Below, one piece after another: positions 16,171 through 24,944 of a stretch of 32,000 nt of DNA (its first letter is position 1; each line of letters starts with the position of its first letter). Source of the DNA: an uncultured Chloroflexia bacterium (GTDB taxonomy: Bacteria > Chloroflexota > Ktedonobacteria > Ktedonobacterales > JADMIN01); the NCBI GenBank assembly GCA_963718915.1, contig CAVRAI010000014.1, positions 150,001-182,000 of the forward strand. Direction: 5' to 3'. A program made the translations under genes and the position numbers. The notes beneath the pieces were generated by a model, which made no database searches, was not told the origin of the DNA, and saw only the letters and a program-made list of their open reading frames with translations.

Positions 16171-17451
16171 CTATGCGCGCATTGCCGCGTGATTGTTGGC
16201 GATTGGGCGCATCTCTTCGTTGATCTCGTGCAGGAAAGACTTCCACAAATCGTCCAGTTGTACGCCGAGCCGCGATGAGCCTGTCTCGTCCTCGATCACT
16301 ACGGTAAAGACATGGCACATGAAGTGATATAACAGCCAGACCGCATCATGATAGCACTCCAGCAGTTCCTGGCCACGAACCACACGTTCGAGAATCTCGA
16401 CTTCGTGATAGACCAGCACCCCGTGTTCGAGGCGAATAATCTCGTCCATGCGCGGACACTGCCGCTGCATATCCGCCAGCACCGGCGCGAAGCGTTGCTC
16501 CAGATAGCGGTTGATCTCGGCCTCGGGGAGTTGGCCCCGTCCGCGGAGCGCGCGCGCAAAGTCGCGGTGATGCGCCAGTAGTCCGTTGATGCAGGCGCCC
16601 ATCGTGCGCGCTATCGTCAGCATCCGCTGCTCCGTCGAGGCGCGCCCTTTTTGCGCCAGTTGATACTGGCAGCGTGTGATCAACCCAATGAGATTCTGTT
16701 CGAGTTCGCCTTCGAGGTGTTCGTCAACCAGTTCGATCAACTGCAATTGGAGGAGTTTTTCTATCGCCGCCGCAACGGTCGTTTCGGGGAGGAGCAATGC
16801 GTACGACATCGTAGAGAGGGTAAATTGCCCATTCGCCAGGCAGAGCACATTGACTTCATCAGGGGCGAGGCCAAGCGCGCGGACATTGCCGCTGAACTGA
16901 GGCATCCACCGCGCCGTTGCCTGACGTGAGAGCCGTATCGGGCCGGCATAGGCGCTTTCATCGGCGATGCGCAGCGCTTCGAGCAAGATGTGATCGACGC
17001 TGAGCGGGCGGATAAACGCGCCGTGTGGCTGAATCGGCGTCGCGTAGTGGTTGAACTCGAATCGGCCACGTTCCCAGCGAATCGCGCGACTGATCGGCTG
17101 GATGATCGCGAACTCGACATAACGCTGGGCAGTGTCGGCGGCGATGACCTGGTTCTCGACCATGACCCGCAGCGAGTTGGCGGGGTTGTGGTCGGCACGC
17201 TGCTTGAGCATCGACGCCTCGGGGCGAGTCAGGTGCATCAGTAGCCGAAAGACCTCGATCATGTCCGGTGGAGTAACGCCGCTCTCCTCGAGGGCAACAA
17301 TATGCCCCTCCTTCAAAGCAATCTGGAGCGTTTCTGAACCGGAACTTACACGCAAGATGCCAGTTTTACCGCCAAGCGAGAGCATTTTCAACGTGGCTTG
17401 CAGTCCGAGCGTTTCAAGATCGCCATCAAGGATTCGCACAGGTTGCTCCAT
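16171..17451 (-). CDS. PATAN/DUF4388-domain protein with a long helical C-terminal region and no receiver domain
   Basis: The N-terminus ILDGDLETLGLQATLKMLSLGGKTGILRVSSGSETLQIALKEGHIVALEE matches the G-L-x-x-fsL-x-dlLq...ktG-L-v...i-f-x-G-i-v-A pattern of DUF4388/PATAN. ATG 17451 is preceded by GAGAGGGG. The track ORF extends to 17607. Confidence 0.7.
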   Translation of the reverse strand: MEQPVRILDGDLETLGLQATLKMLSLGGKTGILRVSSGSETLQIALKEGHIVALEESGVTPPDMIEVFRLLMHLTRPEASMLKQRADHNPANSLRVMVENQVIAADTAQRYVEFAIIQPISRAIRWERGRFEFNHYATPIQPHGAFIRPLSVDHILLEALRIADESAYAGPIRLSRQATARWMPQFSGNVRALGLAPDEVNVLCLANGQFTLSTMSYALLLPETTVAAAIEKLLQLQLIELVDEHLEGELEQNLIGLITRCQYQLAQKGRASTEQRMLTIARTMGACINGLLAHHRDFARALRGRGQLPEAEINRYLEQRFAPVLADMQRQCPRMDEIIRLEHGVLVYHEVEILERVVRGQELLECYHDAVWLLYHFMCHVFTVVIEDETGSSRLGVQLDDLWKSFLHEINEEMRPIANNHAAMRA

Positions 17452-17879
17452 TATTGCCCCTCTCGCGCAAACACGCCTGGTGAGCAGTGTGTGCTGCCTC
17501 AACCCAACCCTGTCTCGATTGTCATGTTTCGATTGTCGTGTATAGAAAGTGAGCCTACTCCGAACCAGCAGTTCAAAATATGTACCCGATGTCCGCCAGA
17601 ATGACACGCGCTAACCGGGGATGCGTTCAAACTTGTGCGGGGTATGCTGGAAATTCAGGAGTTCTGCTCACGTGTTCGTCATTGAACGGGACTATTGTAC
17701 CACAGCTACCAGTACCTTCAAGGGGGGAATATCGAGCAATGTCTGGCAATTTCCTCAGAACCGTTGAGGTTGACAGGCGAGGGGCATTTGCTTCGCGACA
17801 CCTGTTCATGGGCCCGAAAGCAGCCGATGGATGCGCGAATATGTTGGCGAATCGATGCGAAATAACGATTGGCGATTCG

Positions 17880-19208
17880 CTACGTGAGGAGATGGATCAT
17901 GATGCCCAGCAGTCCACCGCCCAGGATCAGCCAGGCTGAATTGAATTTGATACGCGGTAACGCCACCAGCGCGACCAGCGCCAGCACCCAGGTGAAAATA
18001 TCGTGCAGCGCGGACTGCGCCAGTTGCAGCATGACCCCCGCCATCAGCGCCAGCGCGGCGATATTCACACCATTGAGCACAAGCGCAACCGTGGGCGAGC
18101 GGCGCATCCAGCCCGCCAGCCGGTGGATGACCGGAATGAAGAGGAATGATGGCAGGAAGATGCCCAGCGTGGCGAGCAGCGCGCCCTGCCAGCTGCCGAG
18201 CAGGAAGCCGATGAAGGTCGCCGTCGTGAAGACTGGGCCAGGCGTCACCTGTCCCACTGCGATGGCGTCGAGCAGTTGGCGGTCGGTCAGCCAGCCAAGC
18301 CCCTGCACGAGGTCGGTGCGCAGGAAGGCGAGTAGCACGTATCCGCTGCCATAGAGCACCGCGCCGATTTTGAGGAAGGTGAGAAAGAGTGTCAATAGGC
18401 TGAACGGCGCGCTGGCGCTGCCCGCTGCGGTGGCGAGGGTGGTAGCTATCCCACTGCCCGCGCCGGGCAAGAGCGAGACAAATAGTGACGAGGTCGCCCG
18501 CCGTTCGCGCGCCATGCGCCAGACGCCAAGCGCGACGGCGTAGAGAATGGCGCCGCCAAAGAGCAAGAGCAGATCGTTGACGCCGAGCAGATAGAGTACG
18601 ACGAGCGCCAGCGCCCAGAGGCCTACCAGGACATTGCGAACCACCGTCCGCCCGAGTCCCCAGAGCGCCCACGCGATGATGGCGATCACCACCGGCAGGA
18701 TGCCATAGAGCAGCCAGCCCGTCGCGGGCAGCGCGCCAAACTGGACGTACGCCCACGCCAGCGCCATGACGATGAGCATCGCCGGGCCGATGAAGCAGGC
18801 GCCCGCGACGATCAGCCCGCGCCAGCCCGCGCGCATGTAGCCCAGGTAGATGGCAAGCTCAGTAGAGTTGGGGCCGGGTATCAGGTTGACGACGCCGATG
18901 AGATCGACGAAGTGCTGGTCGCTGATCCACCCGCGGCGCTGCACGCACTCCTGGCGCATCATGGCGATGTGCGCCACCGGCCCGCCAAACGCTGTGACGC
19001 CGAGGCGCGAAAACAGCATGGCCAGTTCGCCCAGCCGCTCCTTCTCGCCCGTCTCGCCCGTCTCGCCCGTCTCGCCCCGCCCCATTGGGAGCACGTCCGC
19101 CTGCGCACTGTCAGTCCGCGCCCTTTGTGCTTTCTCTTTCTCCGCCGCCGCTAATCTATCGTGCGCAGTCTTGTCATCGTTCCCGTTGGCCGATCCAGTC
19201 ATCGTCAA
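17880..19208 (-). CDS. chrA: Chromate ion transporter (CHR family)
   Basis: LGVTAFGGPVAHIAMMRQECVQRRGWISDQHFVDLIGVVNLIPGPNSTELAIYLG, with a duplicated second half (LKIGAVLYGSGYVLLAFL...AVGQVTPGPVFTTATFIG). The exact start is uncertain because the N-terminus carries a GETGETGETGE repeat. Confidence 0.85.
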   Translation of the reverse strand: MTMTGSANGNDDKTAHDRLAAAEKEKAQRARTDSAQADVLPMGRGETGETGETGEKERLGELAMLFSRLGVTAFGGPVAHIAMMRQECVQRRGWISDQHFVDLIGVVNLIPGPNSTELAIYLGYMRAGWRGLIVAGACFIGPAMLIVMALAWAYVQFGALPATGWLLYGILPVVIAIIAWALWGLGRTVVRNVLVGLWALALVVLYLLGVNDLLLLFGGAILYAVALGVWRMARERRATSSLFVSLLPGAGSGIATTLATAAGSASAPFSLLTLFLTFLKIGAVLYGSGYVLLAFLRTDLVQGLGWLTDRQLLDAIAVGQVTPGPVFTTATFIGFLLGSWQGALLATLGIFLPSFLFIPVIHRLAGWMRRSPTVALVLNGVNIAALALMAGVMLQLAQSALHDIFTWVLALVALVALPRIKFNSAWLILGGGLLGIMIHLLT

Positions 19209-19253
19209 TGCTCCCGCGCCTATCAGACCCCATGGGCTATTCTATTAAGCCGT

Positions 19254-19286
19254 CTCGTAGCACCCTCGTAGCACCCTCGTAGCGCC
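19254..19286. repeat. 11-bp tandem repeat x3 (ctcgtagcacc) upstream of chrA
   Basis: ctcgtagcacc / ctcgtagcacc / ctcgtagcgcc, read directly, 46 nt upstream of the annotated chrA start. Confidence 0.6.
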
Positions 19287-19340
19287 CCAGGCGGCCAGCC
19301 TCCTGTTGCCCTATTGCATGCGATGCCCTTTGCCTTGCGC

Positions 19341-19381
19341 GGAAAAAGCATTGGCAGGCGCCAGTTGAGTCAACGCCTGCC
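19341..19381 (-). terminator. Rho-independent terminator downstream of the DinB-family gene
   Basis: The minus-strand RNA GGCAGGCGUUGACUCAACUGGCGCCUGCC (19381-19353) forms a GC-rich bulged hairpin, followed by AAUGCUUUUUCC (T run is plus-strand aaaaa at 19343-19347). Confidence 0.6.
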
Positions 19382-19420
19382 CGACTCGATATGATGCATC
19401 ATGATGCCGATGGTCAGCTG

Positions 19421-19966
19421 TTAGTCGGTGAGGATAGGCCGGGTGAGGATGGCAAGATAAGCGCTCCACGGGCCAACTGCCTCGGCATATTGTTGTGACA
19501 TCACCTCGACGATCTGGCCGAGATGGTTGAGGTCATGCACCACCCATGCGGCCAGCATCTGCTTCAGCGTGAAGGCGCCCAGGCCAGGTTTCATGCCTTT
19601 GCTGGCAAGTTGCTCCGGGGTGAGCCGCATCTCGCTCAGCGTCGCCAGATTCTTCGCGCGCGCCTGCTCGAACGCCGCGAGCAGCTGATCGAGTGAGTAG
19701 TCGTGATGTTCCTCGTCTGCTTCTGCCTGATCGGGTGGGTCCACGGGGCGTTGCTCGCCATATTCGAGGATGGTGCGGGTACGGCCAATCCAGTTCCAGT
19801 CGGCCGTCTCGCTGTGCAGCAAGTGCTCAACGACATCGCGGGCACACCAGGTATCTGGCCCCTCGGCGCTGTGCGTCCACCCCGCGGGAAGCCCCCGTAA
19901 CAGCGCCGTCAGCGTCGCTGGCGTCCTCCGCAAGATCTCGACAGCAGCCTCATACTGGTATTCCAT
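19421..19966 (-). CDS. DinB-superfamily (DinB_2-like) four-helix-bundle protein
   Basis: His-containing helices DVVEHLLHSE and HDLNHLGQI with a typical size of 181 aa. GGAGG precedes ATG 19966 (MEYQYEAAVEIL...). Confidence 0.75.
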   Translation of the reverse strand: MEYQYEAAVEILRRTPATLTALLRGLPAGWTHSAEGPDTWCARDVVEHLLHSETADWNWIGRTRTILEYGEQRPVDPPDQAEADEEHHDYSLDQLLAAFEQARAKNLATLSEMRLTPEQLASKGMKPGLGAFTLKQMLAAWVVHDLNHLGQIVEVMSQQYAEAVGPWSAYLAILTRPILTD

Positions 19967-20188
19967 GCGCGCCTCCTTCTGGTGTTTGTGACACAGTATC
20001 TCGTCAGCTTGAGATCGCCAGTGCCACATGGTGGAGGTAGAACCTCATCCCCTGTTCTCGCTCTCACGGGGAAAAAGGAACCAGGTGCGGCTTTCTGGCG
20101 GCTCCGCGCGCCAGTGTCCTCTCCGGCGCGGAGAGGGCGTCAATCCCCTCTCCGTCTCACGCCTGGAGGCTATCGAGGCTGGTAGAAG

Positions 20189-21445
20189 CTAGAGGCTGCA
20201 GCATGCCGCCACATGGCGCGCATCCGCCGTTAGCTCCTGATAGAGCGCGCGCACATCGTCGCCGATATGCTGCCAGCCGAAACGCTCCACGGAGGCGCGG
20301 GCATTGGACGCCAGCCGCGCGCGCAGCCGCTGATCGCGCAGTATCTCATCCAGCCGCTCGGCAAACGCGCGGGGGTCGCGCCAGCGTACCAGCAGCCCAT
20401 TATGGCCATCCCGCACGATGCTCGTCAGTCCGCCTGCCGCCGAGGCGACGACCGGCGTGCCCGAGGCGAGCGCCTCGACCGCGACCAGCCCGAAGCTCTC
20501 GTAGCGCGAACTGACGACGACCGAATCCGCCGCGTGATAGTACCGCAGCAGCTCTTGCTGAGGCGCCGCGCCGGGGAAGCGCACCCGCTCGCCAACGCCG
20601 AGATCATCCGCGCGCCGCTTGAGCCGTTCAAGCTCAGGGTCACCCTCTGGGTTGCCGCCGACAATCATCAAGTGCGCGGGCGTCCGCATGAGCGACACGC
20701 TCTCCAGCAGCAGGTCCAGTTCCTTGATGGGGTCGAGCCGACCGATGGAGAGCAGCGTTGGCTGGTCGGCATCGAGTCCGAGTGACTGCCGGGCGGCGAG
20801 GCGCGAGGCTGCGGTGACTGGCGTAAACAGGCCCAGGTCCACCCCGCATGGAATCACGGCCATGTGGCACTGCGGAAGGCCATAGAGACGCCGCAGTTGC
20901 TCGCCCTCGCTCTCCGTCGAGACGGTGATCCGATCAACCGCCGAGGCGATACGCCCCTCCTGTTCGATGCGGATAGCCGCGACATGATCGCTGCTGCTCG
21001 TGCTGCCGTACTGCTGGCCCTTGAGCCGCTCGACGGTATGGAACATGGTCATATGCGGCACGTCCCACGCGCGGGCCAGCGGAAGCGCTGCCGCTGCCGA
21101 GAGCCAGTAGTGCGTGTGGAGCAGGTCGTACGGGTGCGGAGAACGCGCGGCGAAATGGCTCACGCGACAGGTAAACTCGCCGACGAACGGGAAAAGCTCC
21201 GAGGGAGGAAGGGGAGCGACCGGCCCAGCCTCGATCTGTATCAGACGGACACGTTCGGCAAATTGCTGAATGGGGGGAAGGTTGGGGTCTGAACGCCGGG
21301 TAAAGATATCAACGTCAATGCCACTGCGGCCCAATTCGCGCGCCAGCTCGCGCACGTAGACATTCATGCCGCCCGCGTCGCGGGTGCGGCCGAGAGATGC
21401 CAGCGGCGAGGTATGTAGACTGAACATGGCGACCCTAAAGCACAT
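20189..21445 (-). CDS. GT4-family retaining glycosyltransferase, MshA-like N-terminus
   Basis: FSLHTSPLASLGRTRDAGGMNVYVRELARELGRSGIDVDIFTRR resembles the MshA-type acceptor-binding N-terminus. C-terminal EX7E region ESFGLVAVEALASGTPVV. The start is ambiguous between ATG 21445 and 21427. Confidence 0.85.
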   Translation of the reverse strand: MCFRVAMFSLHTSPLASLGRTRDAGGMNVYVRELARELGRSGIDVDIFTRRSDPNLPPIQQFAERVRLIQIEAGPVAPLPPSELFPFVGEFTCRVSHFAARSPHPYDLLHTHYWLSAAAALPLARAWDVPHMTMFHTVERLKGQQYGSTSSSDHVAAIRIEQEGRIASAVDRITVSTESEGEQLRRLYGLPQCHMAVIPCGVDLGLFTPVTAASRLAARQSLGLDADQPTLLSIGRLDPIKELDLLLESVSLMRTPAHLMIVGGNPEGDPELERLKRRADDLGVGERVRFPGAAPQQELLRYYHAADSVVVSSRYESFGLVAVEALASGTPVVASAAGGLTSIVRDGHNGLLVRWRDPRAFAERLDEILRDQRLRARLASNARASVERFGWQHIGDDVRALYQELTADARHVAACCSL

Positions 21446-21810
21446 TGCCACACCATCCAGTCTTGCCAGCGCGCCGCTGGAACGTTGGTCTGGCGCAGAT
21501 ACGAGGCCACCTTCCTTCGTCGGCCTGCGCCACCACACCGCCGGGCATGGCGAGGGCGCACGCGGCCATTACATATGTGTGCATGTATTCACCTCTTTGA
21601 TGTGGCGGGGGAATTTAGTAAGTTGCGCGCCACGCTTCACATTATATATCGTGGGGGGAACCCATCGCGCTACCGTGGTCGCAATGGCTATCAGGCTTGA
21701 CGCGCGGGCTGGCGCAAGCCATAATTTCAGGACGTGCCACAGACCAACGGGCGCACTTCGCGGGATCCTCTCAAGATGGGCACGAAGCGATTTTCCGGGG
21801 AAATGGGGAG

Positions 21811-23451
21811 ATGGAGCGCACCACACTGACTGAGCGTCTGCGTCGCGTTGAGGCGGAGATCGCGGCTGGCCGCCCCGAACAGGCGCTGGCGTACTGCCAG
21901 GAATTACAGGCAGCGTATCCCCGCGCGTTGCGGGTGCAGCGAGTGATCGGCGAGATCTATCTGGCGCTGCACAGGCCGCGTGAGGCGCTGGCTGCGCTCG
22001 ACCGCACGCTCGCGGGCGATCCCGAAGATGTGCGCGCCTGTTGCGCGCGGGCGCTGGTGCATCAGATGCACGGCGACGACATCTCCGCGCTGGCGTGGTA
22101 TCGTCGCGCCTGTGACCTCCGCCCCGATGACCAGGCATTGCGCCTGACCTATCGCGATCTGGCGCGTCGCCTCCGCGAGCCGTCCTATCGCCCATCGCGG
22201 GCTGGGCTGGCGCGGCTCTATCTGCGCGGCGACCTCTTCGCCCATGCGATCCGCGAGTGGGAGCAGCTTGTCAACGAAAGCCCGGATATGCTCGATGCGC
22301 AGGTCGGTCTGGCCGAAACACTCTGGCTCGCCGGTCATACGCGCATTGCTGAAGAGCGATGCTTGCGGATTCTCGCCAACGCGCCGTCATGTGTGAAGGC
22401 CATGCTGATTCTGATGGCGCTCTCCCTCGCCGACGGTGATATGGATAGCGCCCGTGCGCACCTGCAGCGGACGCTCCAGCTAGATCCTGATATGGCCATC
22501 GCTCAGGTGTTCTTTGCCGATGCGCTCGCCTCAGGCGATCCCGTGCTCATCTCCCTCCTGCGCGCCGATGCGGGCGCCGAGACCAGCGATGAGACGATGA
22601 AGTTGAGCCGCCCAACCGCCGGATTCGGGCAGTCCGCGCCGGTTTCGGGGCAGCGCAACCTGAGCCGTCCGCTCGTCACCTCCGCGCCCGCCACCTCAGG
22701 GCCCGCATTTGGGGCGCCACAGCCGTCCAGCCAGCCCCTGCCGCCACCGCCACGGCCAGATGTCCCCGTTCCCAGCCAGCCGACACAGGTCACACGGGCA
22801 TTCAAAGAGACCGCCTTCATGATCTGGGGGCAGGACGAAGATAGCCAGCCGCGTCTCGCGGCGCAACAAGCCGAGGCAGCCAGAGACGCTGATCCCGCGG
22901 CGTCTTCTGCCCTGCGCGACCTCGATAGCGCGGCGGATGACGACGAGACGCGACAAGCGCTCAACTGGTACAACTGGCTCCAGTCGCAGGGCGCGGTAGC
23001 CCTGGGCGCCGCGTCGACTCCGGGAACGCCAGCGGCCCCAGCCCCACTCCCAGCCCCAGCGCCTACGCCAGCGCGCGGCCCAACGATCCCACTTCCTGGC
23101 GTCGATGTCCCTGTGGATGCGCCAGCCGCGTCGCCAGGCGCCGCCAACGGCCATCCATCCGGCCCAATGGGAGGAGCGGGAGGGCCGCGCCTTACGATGC
23201 CCATACCGCCCGCGCAACAGTCTGATCTGCTCTTCCCTGCTGAGCCGCCTGGCGTACAGTCGCAGCCGCTACCGCAGGATGAGAATGAGGATGAGGATGA
23301 GGCGACGATTCCGCTGCCATCATCTCAGGTGTTGCGCACAATGTTCGCGGAACTGGGTGGCAATACCTCCTCCCAGCCAGTTGTGGAGGCTGGGGGCGTA
23401 GCCAGCGCGCCTACATCTGCGGACCCCAGATACGTTGGGGAGCGCCGATGA
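21811..23451 (+). CDS. TPR-repeat protein with a long Pro/Ala/Ser-rich disordered C-terminal half
   Basis: The N-terminal ~230 aa contain tandem TPR-like helices (ALAYCQELQAAYPRALRV..., DISALAWYRRACDLRPDD..., MDSARAHLQRTLQLDPDM). GGGGAG precedes ATG 21811. The track ORF starts at 21697. Confidence 0.75.
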   Translation: MERTTLTERLRRVEAEIAAGRPEQALAYCQELQAAYPRALRVQRVIGEIYLALHRPREALAALDRTLAGDPEDVRACCARALVHQMHGDDISALAWYRRACDLRPDDQALRLTYRDLARRLREPSYRPSRAGLARLYLRGDLFAHAIREWEQLVNESPDMLDAQVGLAETLWLAGHTRIAEERCLRILANAPSCVKAMLILMALSLADGDMDSARAHLQRTLQLDPDMAIAQVFFADALASGDPVLISLLRADAGAETSDETMKLSRPTAGFGQSAPVSGQRNLSRPLVTSAPATSGPAFGAPQPSSQPLPPPPRPDVPVPSQPTQVTRAFKETAFMIWGQDEDSQPRLAAQQAEAARDADPAASSALRDLDSAADDDETRQALNWYNWLQSQGAVALGAASTPGTPAAPAPLPAPAPTPARGPTIPLPGVDVPVDAPAASPGAANGHPSGPMGGAGGPRLTMPIPPAQQSDLLFPAEPPGVQSQPLPQDENEDEDEATIPLPSSQVLRTMFAELGGNTSSQPVVEAGGVASAPTSADPRYVGERR

Positions 23452-23467
23452 GCAACATCAGCAGGAT

Positions 23468-24142
23468 ATGTCACCGGATATTTCATGGGAATCTGAGGCC
23501 GCATATGACGAGTACGCCGACGCGGGTAACACGTCTCTGACATATGAAGACCGCGATGATGCGCCAGATAGCTCGCAAGGCCATTTCATCGCGGACGATG
23601 ATGGCAATGAAAGCAACGAAGACGACGATGGCGAGGACGGAGACCAGTCGCAGACACTCGAAGAATTGGAGCGCCGTTTCTCCGCCTCTGGGTTCACACA
23701 CGTCGAGACGCGCCCTGGTCTGCTGGCGGATCTGGAGCGCGGAAAGCACACCGGGGATGTCTCGGCGCCGCCAGAGCCGCCGATGGGGGATGAACCAGCG
23801 CGTGATGACCCGGCGGGCGGCGATGTGCCTGTGCGGGTGCCAGTGGTCAGCGGGCCTGATCCGCGCGATTATCCCGCGCGGCTGACGCGCGCGCGCAAGC
23901 GGCGAGATGGCGGGCAACTCGACGAGGCGCTGAACGAATACCGCGTCATCATCAAAAACGCGCCCGATCTGCTGCCTGATGTGCTAAATGATCTGTATGC
24001 CAGTCTAGCCGAATTGCCCGATCATCCCAATCTGCATAGTGTGCTTGGCGATGCGCTGGTCTGCCAGGGCGACTACGAAAAGGCGCTGGAATCCTATAAT
24101 AAAGCGATGGAGCTTGCCCAGGCGCGAAGCGGGCGATCCTGA
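23468..24142 (+). CDS. Highly acidic protein with a C-terminal TPR pair
   Basis: A D/E-rich N-terminal ~150 aa, then LDEALNEYRVIIKNAPDLL...VLGDALVCQGDYEKALESYNKAMELAQ. Alternative TTG start at 23435 would overlap the upstream stop. Confidence 0.6.
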   Translation: MSPDISWESEAAYDEYADAGNTSLTYEDRDDAPDSSQGHFIADDDGNESNEDDDGEDGDQSQTLEELERRFSASGFTHVETRPGLLADLERGKHTGDVSAPPEPPMGDEPARDDPAGGDVPVRVPVVSGPDPRDYPARLTRARKRRDGGQLDEALNEYRVIIKNAPDLLPDVLNDLYASLAELPDHPNLHSVLGDALVCQGDYEKALESYNKAMELAQARSGRS

Positions 24143-24211
24143 TGCGGCGCGGGCGATAGTGTGAGACAACCTGTGACGGGACGTGACCTGAACGGATCAT
24201 GAGGAAATAGT

Positions 24212-24559
24212 GTGGAGACAATACTTCAGCGGCTGATGGCGATAGATGGGGTCACGGGCGCGCTGCTCGTCGGCAAAGATGGGTTAATCGTGGCCAGCGC
24301 GATGGATAGTGACGATGAAGAGATGGTCGGCGCGATGGCTGCCGCCGCGTATGACGCATCTGGCCGCTACATCGAGCAGTTGAATATGGGCGATATCCGC
24401 CATGTGCTTTTCGAGACGGCTCGCGGTGTCGTTCAGGTGAGCGACGGCGGCGATCTGCTGGTCGTGGTGCGCAGCTCGCGCGACGCCAACATTGGGCGCG
24501 TGCGCATCGAGATGCAGCAGGCGGGCCTGCGCCTCTCCGAGCAGATGGGCGCATACTGA
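24212..24559 (+). CDS. Roadblock/LC7 (MglB-like) domain protein
   Basis: LMAIDGVTGALLVGKDGLIVASAM...EMVGAMAAAAYDASGRYIEQLNMGDIRHVLFETARGVVQVSDGGDLLVVV is the canonical Robl/LC7 alpha-beta-alpha pattern. GTG start. Confidence 0.8.
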   Translation: METILQRLMAIDGVTGALLVGKDGLIVASAMDSDDEEMVGAMAAAAYDASGRYIEQLNMGDIRHVLFETARGVVQVSDGGDLLVVVRSSRDANIGRVRIEMQQAGLRLSEQMGAY

Positions 24560-24614
24560 TTCCCAGCTTCGCGACAGAATGAACGTTAAGAAATACTTCC
24601 GAACGGTGTGCTGG

Positions 24615-24730
24615 GGTGCGCGTGCCGGAAGCCCAAAGGCCCCGGCGAATGGGGTTGACATGAGGAAATTCGCCGTAGCATTGATGCTACGGTCTGCCTC
24701 GCCCGCCACAACGCGCGGTGTTCGGAGGAA
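24615..24730. repeat. Repeat family B, locus 2
   Basis: The 29-nt string at 24622-24650 is identical to 7261-7289. Hairpin ccgtagc-attgat-gctacgg at 24673-24692. The tail ctgcctcgcccgccacaacgcgcggtgttcgg matches the reverse complement of 7331-7365. Confidence 0.7.
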
Positions 24731-24944
24731 TACGTGAAAGCTCATCATGGCGCGGCTCATAACGTCAACGCGGCCTGTCCTGTCCGCCAACTCTCCATGG
24801 TTGCGTATTGCTGCGCATCCAAGGCGTGCCATTCGCTAGTATTTAGTTGGGAATTTGCCGGGATAGATTATCCCGCGAGCCTTTGATGATCGCGGATGAT
24901 TGAGTGAATTGTGTGAAAAGAACAGGCGATAAAGGAGATCACGA

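Noticed and set aside
17806-18756. 316-aa minus-strand ORF out of frame with chrA
   Set aside because: It overlaps the CHR transporter frame, which has the clear duplicated CHR signature. Its sequence is R/G/A-rich with no hydrophobic structure.
21569-23217. Minus-strand ORFs 21569-22195, 21904-22338, 22503-23204 and 22696-23217, opposite the TPR gene
   Set aside because: They are antisense to a frame with recognisable TPR helices and a good SD. Their low-complexity G/A/R/P content mirrors the Pro-rich coding strand.
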